Below are positions 30,829-46,205 of a DNA stretch of 64,000 nt, piece after piece; position 1 is the first letter of the stretch; each line of letters opens with the position of its first letter. The position numbers and the translations under genes are program-made. Below the pieces are notes generated by a model. It did no database searches. It was given only the letters and a program-made list of their open reading frames with translations, and was not told the origin of the DNA. The DNA is taken from assembly GCA_951406725.2 (NCBI GenBank), contig OX597838.1, positions 32,674,001-32,738,000 of the forward strand, given 5' to 3'. The DNA is from Octopus vulgaris. Taxonomy: Eukaryota.

Positions 30829-31316
30829 CAACAATTGAGGGTAAAATTAATTAATCAATCAATTTCACCAAGTGTTCAGTATGTAAAAGGACCATTTAAG
30901 GTGAATTCAAAATATTACATTATATAATTAGGGCTTAGTAAAATAAATTACTTTGCCACATACTGAACTTAGTAGAAATAGCAGCCAAAAAAGTTTTTTT
31001 AGCTGTTTCTACTACTTAAAGAAAGTTTCTCTCAGATAATGTTTACTCCAGACAGCTCACGAAGGTTTGGAGGTAAATACAGAAAAATATCACAAGTACA
31101 TAGATCGTTTGAGTACGTCAACGTTTCAAGATTAGCCAAATAAAATCAGCATTTCTATCGTCAGCTCAAAATTTCTTAATTTGGATTTGGAAACACTAAA
31201 AAGAAGGAACTTTACCCATCGGCGTACTTGTCGCTTCAGATGAACCAGCTCCCACTGACAGTGCCAACAAATTCAAAATGCGCAGGCGTTATTTTACTAA
31301 ACCCTAATTATATAAT
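30829..31316 (-). mobile_element. Penelope-like remnant with canonical hammerhead (31108-31170) and inverted end
   Basis: The - strand reads uuugag-CUGACGA-stem II-GAA-ACGU(ug)ACGU-A-cucaaa. tatataattagggcttagtaaaataa (30921) is inverted at 31289-31315. TA tracts on both sides. Confidence 0.75.
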
Positions 31317-31318
31317 AT

Positions 31319-31374
<56 letters not shown>

Positions 31375-31385
31375 TGCATATGTAT

Positions 31386-31416
<31 letters not shown>

Positions 31417-33659
31417 GCACGTAAAAAGCACAATTTGAATGTAGCTGATGCCAGTACCCCCTGGCTGGCCCTCGTGTTGGTGGCGTGTAAAAAGCACCAT
31501 CTGAACGTGATTGATACCAGGCCTGCCTTACTGGCTCCTGTGCTGGTGACACGTAAAAAGCACCCACTACACTCTGAGAGTGGTTGGCGTTAGGAAGGGC
31601 ATCCAGCTGTAGAAACACTGTCACATCAGATTGCCAGTTCCTGTCAAACCATCCAACCCATGCCAGCATGGAAAACGGACGTTAAACGATGATGATGATG
31701 ATGATGGTCACACACACACACACACACATACACACACACACACGCATGTATACATATATAATATATATATGTATATCTTTTATTTTTTACTTGCCTCAGT
31801 CATTAGACTGTGTCCATGCTGGGGCACCACCTGGAGGAATTTTAGTTGAATGAATGTACCACAGTATTTTCTTTTGAAGCCTGGTACTTATTCTATCAGT
31901 CACTTTTGCCGAACTGCTAAGTTACAGGAATGTAAACTCACCAACAGTCATAGGAGACAAACATAAATGCAACACACACACATGTACATGCACACACACA
32001 CACACACACGTACATGCACACACACACACATACATATACATATAGACAGGCTTCTTTCAGTTTCTTATTTCTTTACTGCCCACAAGGGGCTACACACAGA
32101 GTGGACAAACAAGGACAAACAAATGGATTAAGTCGATTATATCGATCCCAGTGCATAACTGGTACTTATTTAATCAACCTTGAACGGATGAAAGGCTAAG
32201 TCAACCTTGGCGGAATTTAATCTCAGAACATAGCAGCAGGAGAAATACCTATTTCTTTACTACCCACAAGGGGCTAAACACAGAGTGGACAAACAAGGAC
32301 AGACAAACGGATTAAGTCGATATAATCGATCCCCAGTGCGTAACTGGTACTTATTTAATCGACCTTGAAAGGATGAAAGGCTAAGCCGACCTCGGCAGAA
32401 TTCGAACCCAGAACATAACAGCAGACGAAATACCGCTAAGCATTTTACCTGGCGTGCTAACGTTTCTGCCAACTCGCCGCCTTCTTTCAGTTTCTACTTA
32501 CCAAATTCACTCACAAGGCTTTGGTAAGCTTGAGACTATAGTAGAAGACACTTACCCAAGGTACCAGTTATGGGGATCCAGGTACCAGTTGTAGGAATCA
32601 AAGGGGTCCATAGGTAAAAAGAATTTAAACAAAAATGAGCTCAGGAAAATTGGTCAATGGCCAGTGGCATTTATTTGGACAAGATAGACAAATACAGGTA
32701 TATCAAATATCATACAATATAAATTCTTGATATATATAAAAATTATCTCCCTCTCTAGATGATGCATCATAATTATCAAATGACAACTGGAACCAGCTCC
32801 ATTTGAAAAGGGATGATACCCTCAAGAATCAAGAATTTTCTCCAGAACTGACATGTCATTAAGAAAGAAGACAGGCTTATTGTCTGGAGATAAAAGGACA
32901 GTGGATAAAAGGACACATGTTTCTGGATCAATAACTGTCCACCTGATTGACCACGTGACAACTTACTGGGGCTGCCTGCTGGAGCCTATGTGGCAGGTAT
33001 TTAAAGGGAGAAATTTGACAAGACAGTCAGTCACCGGCTGACACTTGCTGACGATGTATCGTCAGCGAGTGTCAGCCGATACATCGAAGAGGCCAGGGAA
33101 CAGAAGAAAGAAGAAAGAAGACACGCACCCAACACCAGAGCTGAAGACACCTCTGAAAGGGATGGGGGGGGGCCACGTCACGTCGAAACGGTAGAGGAGC
33201 AAGGGCCGAAACTGGACGTGGTTCCTCCTGATGATGTCTTGAGCTAACAGGATCCTATAAAGGAGCTGTTGTGGTAGCAGACCACGAAACACGGTTGTAA
33301 TTCCTCCTGTCTTCAAATACATACCACTGGCCACTCTGAGTTGTTTAATGTTATACTCCTTGTTTTTAGAATGCTATGGCCAAACATGTGTTTGTTCTGG
33401 GTAGTCTATAGATCTTTGTCGAATATCGGTTACTTTTAGTGACTTTGAAGTTAGTTATAAGTAGATAGTATGTCGAATGATATTTAAAGCCATGCATTAA
33501 TGCTTGTTTTAATCTAGTCTCCTCAGGACTGGATTAAATAAAGAAACGGATTAACTATGTAATCCATATCCCATGTGTGAAGGTCACCAGAAGAAAAGAG
33601 CTCGGGTTTTGAAATTGTTTCCGCTTGTAAATGAAGTGAATTGAGTAATTAAAATACGG

Positions 33660-34302
33660 GTAGGAAGGAAGGAAGGAAAGAAGGAAAGAAGGAAAGAAGG
33701 AAGGAAGGAAGGGGGAAGGGAGGGAGGGAGGAAGGAAGGAAGGAAGGGAGGGAGGAAGGTAAGAAAGAATGAATGAAGGAAGGAAGGAAGGAAGGAAAGA
33801 AAGAATGAAGGAAGGGAGGGAGGGAGGGAGGGAGGAAAGAAAGAAGGAAGGAAGGAAGGAAGGAAGGAAGGAAGGAAGGAAGGAAAGAAAGAAGGAAGGA
33901 AGGAAGGAAAGAAAGAATGAATGAAGGAAGGAAGGAAGGAAGGAAACAAAGAAGGAAGGAAGGAAGGAAAGAAAGAAAGAAGGAAGGAAGGAAGGAAGGA
34001 AGGGAGGGAGGAAGGAAGGAAAGAAAGAAAGAAGGAAGGAAGGAAGGAAGGAAGGAAGGAAGGAAAGAAAGAAAGAATGAAGGAAGGAAGGAAGGAAGGA
34101 AGGAAGGAAGGAAGGAAGGAAGGAAGGAAGGAAGGAAGGAAGGAAGGAAGGAAGGAAGGAAAGGAAAGGAAGGAAGGAATGAAGGAAAGGAAGGAAGGAA
34201 GGAAGGAAGGAAGGAAGGGAGGGAGGAAGGAAGGAAAGAAAGAATGAATGAAGGAAGGAAGGAAGGAAGGAAGGAAGGAAGGGAGGAAGGGAGGGAGGGA
34301 GG
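33660..34302 (+). repeat. (GGAA)n polypurine microsatellite
   Basis: About 640 bp of almost pure GGAA/GAAA. Confidence 0.95.
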
Positions 34303-34544
34303 TGTTTGAAAATGATTTCATGCTGTGGTTTAATAAAAGGTTTTGCAAGTGGTGTTGCTGGAGGTGGAGGTGGATAGGTGTCCGTTGTGGATGGATGAAT
34401 ATGAAGTTTCCTGGATGAGTAGGAGAAAGAGGGATAGGGGGTGTTGGGAGTGGGGGGAATGGGGTGAGGATGAAGGGTGGCAAGGATAGGGAAAAGTTTG
34501 GGGGTGCACTTAATAGAGAGGTGGACAGATCAGTTAGATTAGAT

Positions 34545-35090
<546 letters not shown>

Positions 35091-35101
35091 CCTCAGTATA
35101 T

Positions 35102-36062
35102 GAGTAACACCTCAATATATGAGTTAATTTGTTCCTGGAAGCCACTCGTGAAGTGAAAACTCGTAAAGCAGAGCAATAATTTTTCATAATAGCAATGTTA
35201 TAAATCGTAATTCGTTCCTAGAAAAATATTTCACCTGTAAAATTTATTATACTCATAAATAAATGTCAATAAAAAAACAGGAGAATGTAAAGAGTATTTT
35301 ATGTAAAGTATAAAGAATGTTAATAATTAAAAAAGATAAAAATAAACAAAAACAAAAACAAATTACACGAACGTATATAAACAGGAGATACAAATATTAC
35401 AGGCACTTCCCCCCCCCCCCCCCCACACACACACACTAACTAAACATAGACACACATAGATATACGCATGTGCAAATGAAGACACATACAATAGAAATAC
35501 AAAATACAAAATGGCTGACCGTTGTTAGTAAGGAGAGACACACAAATAAGAAAGAAGAAAACAAAGGACCACTGATGAGGTCACAGGAGTGTGCCGAAAG
35601 AACTCTGGCCGAAATAAGATTAAGATTAATGTAAAAAATAAATAACACTGAAGCAAAGTAACACCAAATATATAGGGCGTGTGTTTTTATTGGCTAAACT
35701 GGCAAAATGACCATTCCGAACTACAACAATGTCTGTTTCAACACACGATTTCACATCAAAAATCTTGCAAAACAAATATATAAACATAAAAATTTTTTAA
35801 ATATTATTATTATAATCGTTTTCTGAATCACTTTCACTCACACTAGACTTACACACATCATCACTTGTAGATGCGATCGCCAATTCACAAGCACTCGTAG
35901 ACGGACTTGTAGATTTCTTTTGGGAAAACAAATCTAGAGTTGTTTGCTTAAGAGAAGCTTTCTTTTCGCTCTCTATAAATTTCTCAGTAACACGCAGAAG
36001 CATTTGTTATGGTAGTAGAAACTTTTACACAAGCGGATCCTTGTAAAGTGAGGTATTACTGT
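35102..36062 (-). mobile_element. Tigger/pogo-like DNA transposon remnant
   Basis: Ends gagtaacacctcaatatatgag / cttgtaaagtgaggtattactg-ta resemble Tigger TIRs. The - strand peptide EKKASLKQTTLDLF resembles the pogo transposase C-terminus. Confidence 0.6.
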
Positions 36063-36090
36063 ATATATGCTTACAAGTAATAGGGTAGAT

Positions 36091-36666
36091 GGATCTTTTC
36101 GGTTTGAACGGCAGTTTTTTAAAATAATTTCCACGTAACTTTACTCTTTTTACTCTCTTTACTCTCTTTACTCTTTTTACTTGTTTCAGTCATTTGACTG
36201 CGGCCATGCTAGAGCACCGCCTTTACGTCAATGGCGGTGCCCCAGCATGGCCACAGCTCAAGAGCTGAAACTGGAAAACAAACAAAAAACAAACAAACTA
36301 AGCACTTTTAAACTTCGTATACTGGTAGAATGTGTTTATAAAACATCTTTTTCTCTTGGCTTTATTGAGAAAATTCTATAGTTTGTAAGATATTTGTTGT
36401 ATTTTTTTCTTCAATTTCTGCAATTTCAACCAATCAATGACGTCTATTGAGGTGAAAACATTCTGTGCCATATGAAAATGTCCCTCGTTTAAGAAACAGA
36501 TTGGGTTTATTTACATTTGTGAAGAAAAAAAGATGCCCTTCCCCCCACCCTAACCCTAACCCTGAAACAGATTGAAATGCAATAGATCGATACTAGGGTC
36601 ATAATTATGGGTGACAATTTCATATGACACCGCTAGAAAAAACTACCGTTCAAACCGAAAAGATCC
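36091..36666. mobile_element. Non-autonomous TIR element with internal (CCCTAA) repeats
   Basis: 30-bp TIRs ggatcttttcggtttgaacggcagtttttt / aaaaaactaccgttcaaaccgaaaagatcc, with ccctaaccctaaccct near 36548. Interrupted by SINE/LINE tails at 36140-36295. Confidence 0.75.
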
Positions 36667-37035
36667 GGATAAATGTATAGATGTGTGGAGAAAAAGAAAA
36701 ACAAAGAGAGAGAACTAAAAATCCAGAATATAATTACTGTTTTAAATATTTGATTAAATTGTAAACCTGTTTCTACCCCCGCTGCAACCATTTGAGTCTG
36801 GTTCAGTCAATGCGATGTGGTCTTTGATATGTCTCGCAAATAATGTAACCATTGTATTTTTCGGTTTACACTGGATGAATAAATGATAAACACCATTGTG
36901 ACCAACAGTACCACAGCAACATAAAGGCATTAGAAACCTTTGTGATTTAACAGCAAAAGCCAAACTTATAAGAAACCCTGAATCAATCTCAAAGACCAAC
37001 AAAAGTTCGTCAAAACCAGAATCAAATTAAATAAG

Positions 37036-37430
37036 CACAGGAGTGGCTGTGTGGCAAGTAGCTTGCTTACCAACCACATAGTTCTGGGTTCAGTCCCACT
37101 GCGTGGCACCTTGGGCAAGTGTCTTCTACTATAGCCTCGGGCCGACCAAAGCCTTGTGAGTGGATTTGGTAGACGGAAACTGAAAGAAGCCCATCGTATA
37201 TATGTGTGCGTGTATGTTTCTGCGTCTGTGTTTGTCCCCCTAGCATTGCTTGACAACCGATGCCGGTGTGTTTATGTCCCCGTCACTTAGCGGTTCGGCA
37301 AAAGAGACTGATAGAATAAGTACTGGGCTTACAAAGAATAAGTCCCGGGGTCGAGTTGCTCGACTAAAGGCGGTGCTCCAGCATGGCCACAGTCAAATGA
37401 CCGAAACAAGTAAAATGAGTAAAAGAGAGT
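37036..37430 (+). mobile_element. tRNA-derived SINE family A, full length
   Basis: Same head, body and tail as 5599-6008. Other full copies at 24571-24970(-), 28000-28378(-), 46711-47118(-), 58817-59200(-) and 59586-59981(-). Confidence 0.85.
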
Positions 37431-38059
37431 GTTAAACAAGTAAGAATAGAAAAGATAATGAAAAAAAATAATATACAAGGCAACAGAGTCTATATATGTG
37501 TGTATATGCGTGCTCGTGTACGTTTGCATGTGTGTGGTTTTGCTGAACTGTTTAGTTGTGGGGATGTAAAAGAACCAACACTGGTTATCAAACTGCAATG
37601 GGGTGTGGTTGTTGGGTGGCAAACACAGACACAGAGACACACAGAGATAAACACACACACAAAGAATAAATCCAGGGTTTGATTTCTTCGACTAAAAATC
37701 CCTTAAAGGCAAGTGCTCCAGCATGGCCGCATGCAAATAACTAAACCAAGTAATAAAATAAACGAATAAAAAACAAGCGTCTTCACAATCAGTAACGGTT
37801 ACAAATCCCAGATATGACTTCTTTCATAAGACATAATCCCTTATAGGGATTAACTAGTTTAATGTCAGTTAATCTTTATAACTCAATGCATACAAAAATT
37901 TTCTTATTTTCTCTTTTCGTTTAATCTCCTTCTTTGATTATCTATTTTGTAATCTGCATTTTCTTTTCGTAATTGTTCTTTGTTAGAGTTTTCCCTTGTC
38001 AAGTGCCGTTTCGCTCATTTATACCTTCCAACCCATGCCAGCATGGAAAAGAAGAAATT

Positions 38060-38060
38060 A

Positions 38061-38092
<32 letters not shown>

Positions 38093-38570
38093 CCATGACC
38101 ATGACGATGGTGACGACGATGATGATGATTAGGAAGAGGGGAGGAGGAGGAGGGGAAGATAGGTGGTGATGATGATGATGATGATGATGACGATGATGAT
38201 GATAATGACCATGACCATGACGATGGTGACAACGACGATGATGATTAGGAAGAGGGGAGGAGGAGGAGGAGGGGAAGATAGGTGGTGATGAGGATGATGA
38301 TGATGATGAGGATGATGATGATGATGAGGATGATGATGATGATAATGACCATGACCCTGACGATGGTGACGATGATGAGGATGATTAGGAAGAGGGGAGG
38401 AGGAGGAGGGGAAGATAGGTGGTGGTGAGGATGATGATGATGAGGATGATGATGATGATGAGGATGATGATGACAACGATGATGATAATGACTATGACCA
38501 TGACGATGGTGACGATGATGAGGATGATTAGGAAGAGGGGAGGAGGAGGAGGGGAAGATAGGTGGTGGTG

Positions 38571-38623
<53 letters not shown>

Positions 38624-38888
38624 AATGACCATGACCCTGACGATGGTGACAATGACGATGACGATTAGGAAGAGGGGAGGAGGAGGAGGGGAAGATAGGT
38701 GGCGGTGAGGATGATGATGATGATGATGAGGATGATGACAACGATGATGATAATGATAATGACCATGACCATGACGATGGTGACAACGACGATGATGATT
38801 AGGAAGAGGGGAGGAGGAGGAGGGGAAGATAGGTGGTGGTGAGGATGATGATGATGATGACGATGATTAGCGTGATGATGAGGATGAT
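38060..38888 (+). repeat. Higher-order minisatellite (~115-145-bp units) built from GAT/GAG triplets
   Basis: The unit (gat)n-gaccatgacc-gacgatggtgac-gattaggaagaggggaggaggaggggaagataggtggt repeats six times. Confidence 0.9.
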
Positions 38889-41005
38889 TCTTTCTCTTTC
38901 TTTGTTCTTTATCCAGTTTCAGTTTTTCCTCTTTCCTTCTTTCTTTCTTTCCTTCCTTCTTCATTTCTTTCCTTTCTTCCTTTCAATCCACGTAAACGAA
39001 CTGATACAGTACAAGACGACCAATCTCTCGGAGGTCTGTCTCGTCCTGTCGTTGGCACTGTGCTCTTTGCAACATCCGTGGCACTTAAAGCTCACCATGT
39101 TGCATGGAGACCCAGGAAGACGTAGGACGAAATACTGAAGGACAACCTCAAGACACTGACCCATACGAAGATGATGACAAAGGACTGAAATATCTGGTGC
39201 CTTGTTGTATTCAAGAAGACCCAGGCTGCTTCCCCTGCTTGTTTGTTTGTTTGTTTGTTTGTTGAGCGAAGGGGTCTTTGTCCATATTGGGAGAAATCCA
39301 ATACGTGGTCCTTTGCTATTCGTAAGACCCGCAGAAGAGAAAGCAGGTCAACTCTCGACACTGAGAGCATCAACGGATGGATGAATGCACATCCAGGCTC
39401 AGCGGTTGCGTAGGAAGTTGGGGACAAGAAACAGGAAGAAAGAGTGAGAGAAAGTTGGAGCGAAAGAGTACCACAGGGGTCACCACCACCCCTGCCAGAG
39501 CCTCGTGGAGCTTTAGGTGTTTTCGCTCAATAAACACACACAACACCCAATCTCGGAATCGAAACTGCGATCCTCCGACCGCGAGTCCGCTGCCCTAACC
39601 ACTGGGCCATTAGGCCTCCACTGCTTCCCCTGCTGAAAGGGATTGGCCCGCAAGAGTCTTGTACCAGTGCCACATAATGAGCAATCAGTACATTCTGTAA
39701 AATGGTTGGCATTAGGAAGAACATCCAGCTGTAGAAACCAAGCCAGATTAGAACCTGGAACCTGGTGTAGCTCTTCTGCCTGACAGCTGTGGTCAATCTG
39801 TCTAACCCATGCCATCATGGAAAGCAGACGTTAAATGGTGGTGGTGGTGGTGGTTGTCGTCATCGTCGTCGTGGTTGTGGTGTCAGTTCTGACACTCTCT
39901 TTAAGTCAATGGCACAACTAATATAACCCACTGCAATCCGACAGTGGCAGCGCTGTTGGTGATGATCACCGTTCTGTTGTCTAGAGGCATCAGCTTCAGT
40001 TTCTTCTATAGAGTAAATTACTTATCATAGACTATCATCCCAGAAAGAGATTGATTTCTCATCCACTGCAAAAACTAGAAAGACCAAAGGCAAGCACCAT
40101 CCATCCATCCATCCAGCCATCTTCTCCTGGAAGGGTCATGGGTGGAGAATCCTCAGGCACCTCCTCCATGAGGTCTTATCAGCAACAACTATTGCTAGAC
40201 TTTTTTCATTGGATTTCCAAGCACAACACTCTGAAACTATGGATGTTATCCAATCGTCTCTTTCTTGGCCTTTCCCTAAATCTTCTGCCAGTTGTAGGGG
40301 TAGAGTCCTCCACATCTCTTCCATAGGATCCTATCAAAAGCAATAGTAAAGGCACAATGGCCCAGTGGTTAGGGCAGTGGACTTGCAGTCATAGGATCAC
40401 GGTTTCAATTCCCAGACTGGGTGTTGTGAGTGTTTATTGAGTGAAAACACCTAAAAGCTCCATGAAGCTCTGGCAGGGGGTGGTGGCTAACCCTGCTGTA
40501 TTCTTTCACCACAACTTCCTCTCATTCATTCTTCCTGTTTCTCTTGTACCTGTATTTCAAAGGGGCCTGCCTTCTCACAATCTGTGTCACGCTGAATCTT
40601 CCCTGAGAACTATGTGAAGGGTACACTTGTCTGTGGAGTGCTCAGCCACTTGCATGTTAATTTGACAAGCAGGCTGTTCCATTGATCGGATCGACTGGAA
40701 CCCTCATTGTCATAACCGACAGAGTTCCACAATCAAAAGCAACTCTCATTACACTTTCTGGTTGGCCTCCCAAGCATGACTAACTGAGAGTTGGATATTA
40801 TCCACCCGTCTCATTCTTGGTCTACCCCTAAGTCTCCTGCAGGGGGAAACTGAAAGAAGCCTGTCTCACAGTTCTTTCCTGCACATACAGCTTTGATCAG
40901 CCTGGGGTTACTATAGAAGACACGCTGAGTGACTGAACCCGAGGTAAAATGGTTAGGAGGTCACAATTAACCCAATGTTAATTAGTCTGATGTTAATTTA
41001 ATTAT

Positions 41006-41129
41006 CGCCTCATGGTTAGATGAGGCTTTCAAAAATAAGTCTATAGACTCATTAAAATGTTCCTCCCCACGGAAATCTTTAGTAAAAGGCGAAAGATTTA
41101 TCCGCTTTGGGTGAGGAGAAACCAGAGTT
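41006..41129 (-). ncRNA. U5: U5 spliceosomal snRNA (copy 2), antisense within intron 1 of the GPCR gene
   Basis: Identical to 593-716 except for two adjacent substitutions (CCCCGAG vs CCCAAAG in the RNA) in the variable internal loop. Loop 1, Sm site and 3' hairpin are intact. Confidence 0.95.
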
Positions 41130-43043
41130 AACTGACACACATTTGACATTCAATATGATACAAAATGTCTGAATAGCTAACACTGATTCACAAATATAAA
41201 TTAATGCTTTTAATTAATTCTGTGCTGGACAAATTTTCAACCCTTTTAAATTTAAATAATTATTACATTATAATAAATATTTTAGACTATATCTTGTAAG
41301 GAGATATTTAGACTTTAATTAAATAAAACTAAATATATTTATATCTATCAGTGATGTTTATAATCAACCTTCACCTTGACAACTGCTGATTTTCCTCCCT
41401 TCTAAAACCACATATCTGTAAGTAGATGGCTTAGTGTTTAGGGAAGCAGACACGCGGTCGTACGATTGCGGTTTCGATTCCCAGACTGGATGTTGTGAGT
41501 GTTTAGTGATCGAAAACAGCTAGTGGCTCCAGCAGGGGTGGGGGGTGAGCCCCGCTGTACTCTTTCACCACAACTTCCTCTCATTCATTCTTCCTGTTTC
41601 TCTTGTACCTGTATTTCAAAGGGGCCTGCCTTCTCACAATCTGTGTCACACTGAATCTCCCCTGAGAACTATGTTAAGGGTACACGTGTCTGTGGAGTGC
41701 TCAGCCACTTGCATGTTAATTTGACAAGCAGGCTGTTCCGTTGATCGGATCGACTGGAACCCTCATTGTCATAACCGACAGAGTTCCACAATCAAAAGCA
41801 ACTCTCATTACACTTTCTGGTTGGACTCCCAAGCATGACCAACTGAGAGTTGGGTATTATCCACCCGTCTCATTCTTGGTCTACCCCTAGGTCTCCTGCA
41901 GGGGGAAACTGAAAGAAGCCTGTCGTATATATGTATATGTATATATATGTGTGTGTGTGTTTGTCACCCTAGCATTGCTTGACAACCGATGATGGTGTGT
42001 TTACGTCCCCGTCACTTAGCGGTTCGGCAAAAGAGACTGATGGAATAAGTACTAGGCTTACAAAGAATAAGTCCTGGGGTCGATTTGCTCAACTAAAGGC
42101 GGTGCTCCAGCATGGTCGCAGTCAAATGACTGAAACAAAGTAAAAGAGTAACAGAGTAAAAGAGTAAAAGAGTATTGTTTATTTATAACTCTTGGTGTTT
42201 CTCTTCTCCCTTGTTCTCATCCTATCGTTGTACATAAACCATCTTCTCTTCCTGGGAGATGTAAACAGTAAGAGAGAGATTTACTCAAAGCTTTACACAA
42301 GACTTAACATGATCCATTAATTAACATCTCTAAATATTGCTACAGTGTGTTTGTTTGTTTGTGTGAATGTGTATATGCTTGTATGTGTGTATGTATGCTT
42401 GTATGTATGTATATGTGTATGTATGTATGTCATTATTTAGTTTTATTTCAAGAGAGAAAGAGATAGTTTTTAACCTAGATTCAAGGCTCCTTCACTAGAA
42501 TTTCAACATCAACAGGCTATTTTTGAATGTATGTATGTGTGTGTGTATATGTATGTATATATGTAGATTTGTATCTATTGTTTATGTATGTATTCTCATG
42601 TATATAACTGCATGTCTAGACATGCTCATATATGTGTATGTATGTATGTATGTATGTATGTGTGTGTGTGTATGTATGCGTGTTTGGGTGTTTATAGTTG
42701 CCTATGTGTATATAGGTGTGTTTATTTGTATGTTTACCTATGTGTATGTATATTTGTGTGTATGTTTGTGTGTATCTATGCTTGTGTTTGTATGTATATA
42801 TATATCTATGTATATATTTGTATGAGTATATGTTTGTCCATGTGTTTGTAAGCTTGTCTGTGTATGTTTGTATGTATGTATATTTGGACAATTTTTATAT
42901 ACTGATGTATGTGCAATGAGGCCTCATATACATCCTTTTGAATAACTAATATAGAAATAATCCTCGTGTATATATAACCCATACCAGCATGGAAAATAGA
43001 CAAAATGATGATGATGACAATGATGATGATGGTGATGCAAATG

Positions 43044-43096
<53 letters not shown>

Positions 43097-44109
43097 AGCT
43101 TAGTTAAAATGTTTATGAAATATTTCAACATCTAATACATATTTTAACTAACCTAAACTTTGCTTATACCTAAACACTGCTTGGCACTGATATTACGGTA
43201 ATATATATATTATATATATATATGCCGTCCCAACTGGCCTCGTGCCGGTGGCATGTTAAAAGCACCATCCGATCGTGGCCGTTCACCAGCCTCGTCTGGC
43301 ACGTAAAAAGCACCTACTACACTCACGGAGTGGTTAGCGTTAGGAAGGGCATCCAGCCGTAGAAACATTGCCAGATCAGACTGGGCCTGGTGCAGCCTTC
43401 TGGCTTCCCAGACCCCAGTTGAACCATCCAACCCATGCTAGCATGGAAAGCGGACGCTAAACGATGATGATGATGATGATGATATAATGATAATAACTGC
43501 ACTTGAACTTCTTTCTCGATTACATTCTGCTGAAATTTCGGTTGCATCAACTATGACCCATGTCATTTATGCCATCAAATACGGTAAATACATCAGCACC
43601 AAACCTCATAGAATTAATGTGAAATAGACTCCTGAATTCTTGTGTGTTGTAATTCGTTACCTTAATTAGAGACTGTCTGCATAATTTGGGGATAATCTGT
43701 AAGCTAACAATCCATTGTTTCAAAATGCGTGTGTGTTGGTGAGGTGGTAATGAGAGGAGAATTAACCCCTTTGAATCTGTCCCTTTTCCTCCTTGTAATT
43801 AGCTTTAACTTCTTCCCCTTCCATTTCATCATACTGGTTCTATGAAGTCTTCATGACTCAGTAAAATCCCTGGGATATTTCTTTATCCCTAAGATAAATT
43901 AAGGTAAGCTCCTCTGTGTCAGTGAGATGGATTAGAGACGTCGAAGGACTAAAGAGGACTCTTTTCTGTCAATCTGGCGAAATCTCTTTAGGGGTTCTAA
44001 ACAATAGAAATAATCTGATGCTCTGCGTTTAACAGATTATCAGATATTATGTATATGTGACCATTCAGTGTATGTATATATGTATATATATGTATATACA
44101 TATATATAC

Positions 44110-44216
<107 letters not shown>

Positions 44217-44601
44217 CATACATATACATATATAATATATTTATACATAGATATATATATATATATATATATATACATACATACATACATATATAGATTT
44301 ATATACATACATACATACATACATATATAGATATATACATACATATATATATATAATATATTTATATATATGTATAATACATACATAGATATATGTATAT
44401 GGAGGGGGCATTGTTGTGGATGGGGAGTGGGAGGGGTCTGACATATTTTAATGATATTAACTTATTACTATATTAGGGAACCAAAATGAGATTAGCCCTA
44501 TTTTGATAAATACATTTGGAATTTTTACATAACCTATTACAGCATAAAGTTTAAATCCACACTATCTCAAACAAACATGATCATACATATATATATATAT
44601 A

Positions 44602-45410
<809 letters not shown>

Positions 45411-45813
45411 TCATCATCATCATCATTTAACATCCGTTTTCCATGCTAGTATGGGTTGGACGGTTCGACTGGGGTCTGGGAAGCCAGGAGGCTGCACCGG
45501 ACTCAAGTCTGATCTGGCAGTGTTTCTACAGCTGGATGCCCTTCTTAACGCCAACCACTCCGTGAGTGTAGTGGGAGCTTTTTATGTGCCACCGGCACGG
45601 AAGCCAGTCAAGGCGGTGCTGGCATCGGCCACGTTTGGATGGTGCTTTTTACGTGCCACTGGCACAGGTATCACAACTACAATTTCCATTTGATTTTTGA
45701 TGTTGATGTACTTGACTCAATAGGTCTCCTCAAGCACGCACACACACACACATATATATGTCTGTATCAGCTATATATGTATATATATATGCCTGTATAT
45801 GTGTCAGTGTCAG

Positions 45814-45845
<32 letters not shown>

Positions 45846-45847
<2 letters not shown>

Positions 45848-46205
45848 GAGGGTGAGTCAAAAAGTAATGCCATTTCGTTTAGGACAGGTATAATTACCAA
45901 CACAGGAACATGTATCATACATCAAAATGAAGCTGGTCCTCTGTGGATCACATCCCTACTTCTCAACATAGTCACCATTTCTCCCAATAGCAATGTTCCA
46001 CCTTCGAATGAGAGCATGTATCCCTGCCCCATAAATTCTGTTGACTGTTCTTTGAGCCATTTCTTCACTACAGTTGTCACTTCCTTTTCACTGGAATAAT
46101 GTTTGCCTCTCAAACCCTCAGTCATGGGGCTGAAGAGATGATAGCCTGAAGGTGCTAAATCTGGTGAGTGTGGAGGTAGTGAAGAAGTGGCTCAAAGAAC
46201 AGTCC
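45846..46205 (-). mobile_element. mariner transposon 3' remnant
   Basis: TA-cgagggtgagtcaaaaagtaatg TIR. The - strand gives LRGKHYSSEKEVTTVVKKWLKEQSTEF, then frameshifted GIHALIRRWNIAIGRNGDYVEK, the mariner transposase C-terminus. Confidence 0.85.

Noticed and set aside
36545-36565. True telomere or chromosome fusion site
   Set aside because: Only two to three units, located inside a TIR-bounded element.
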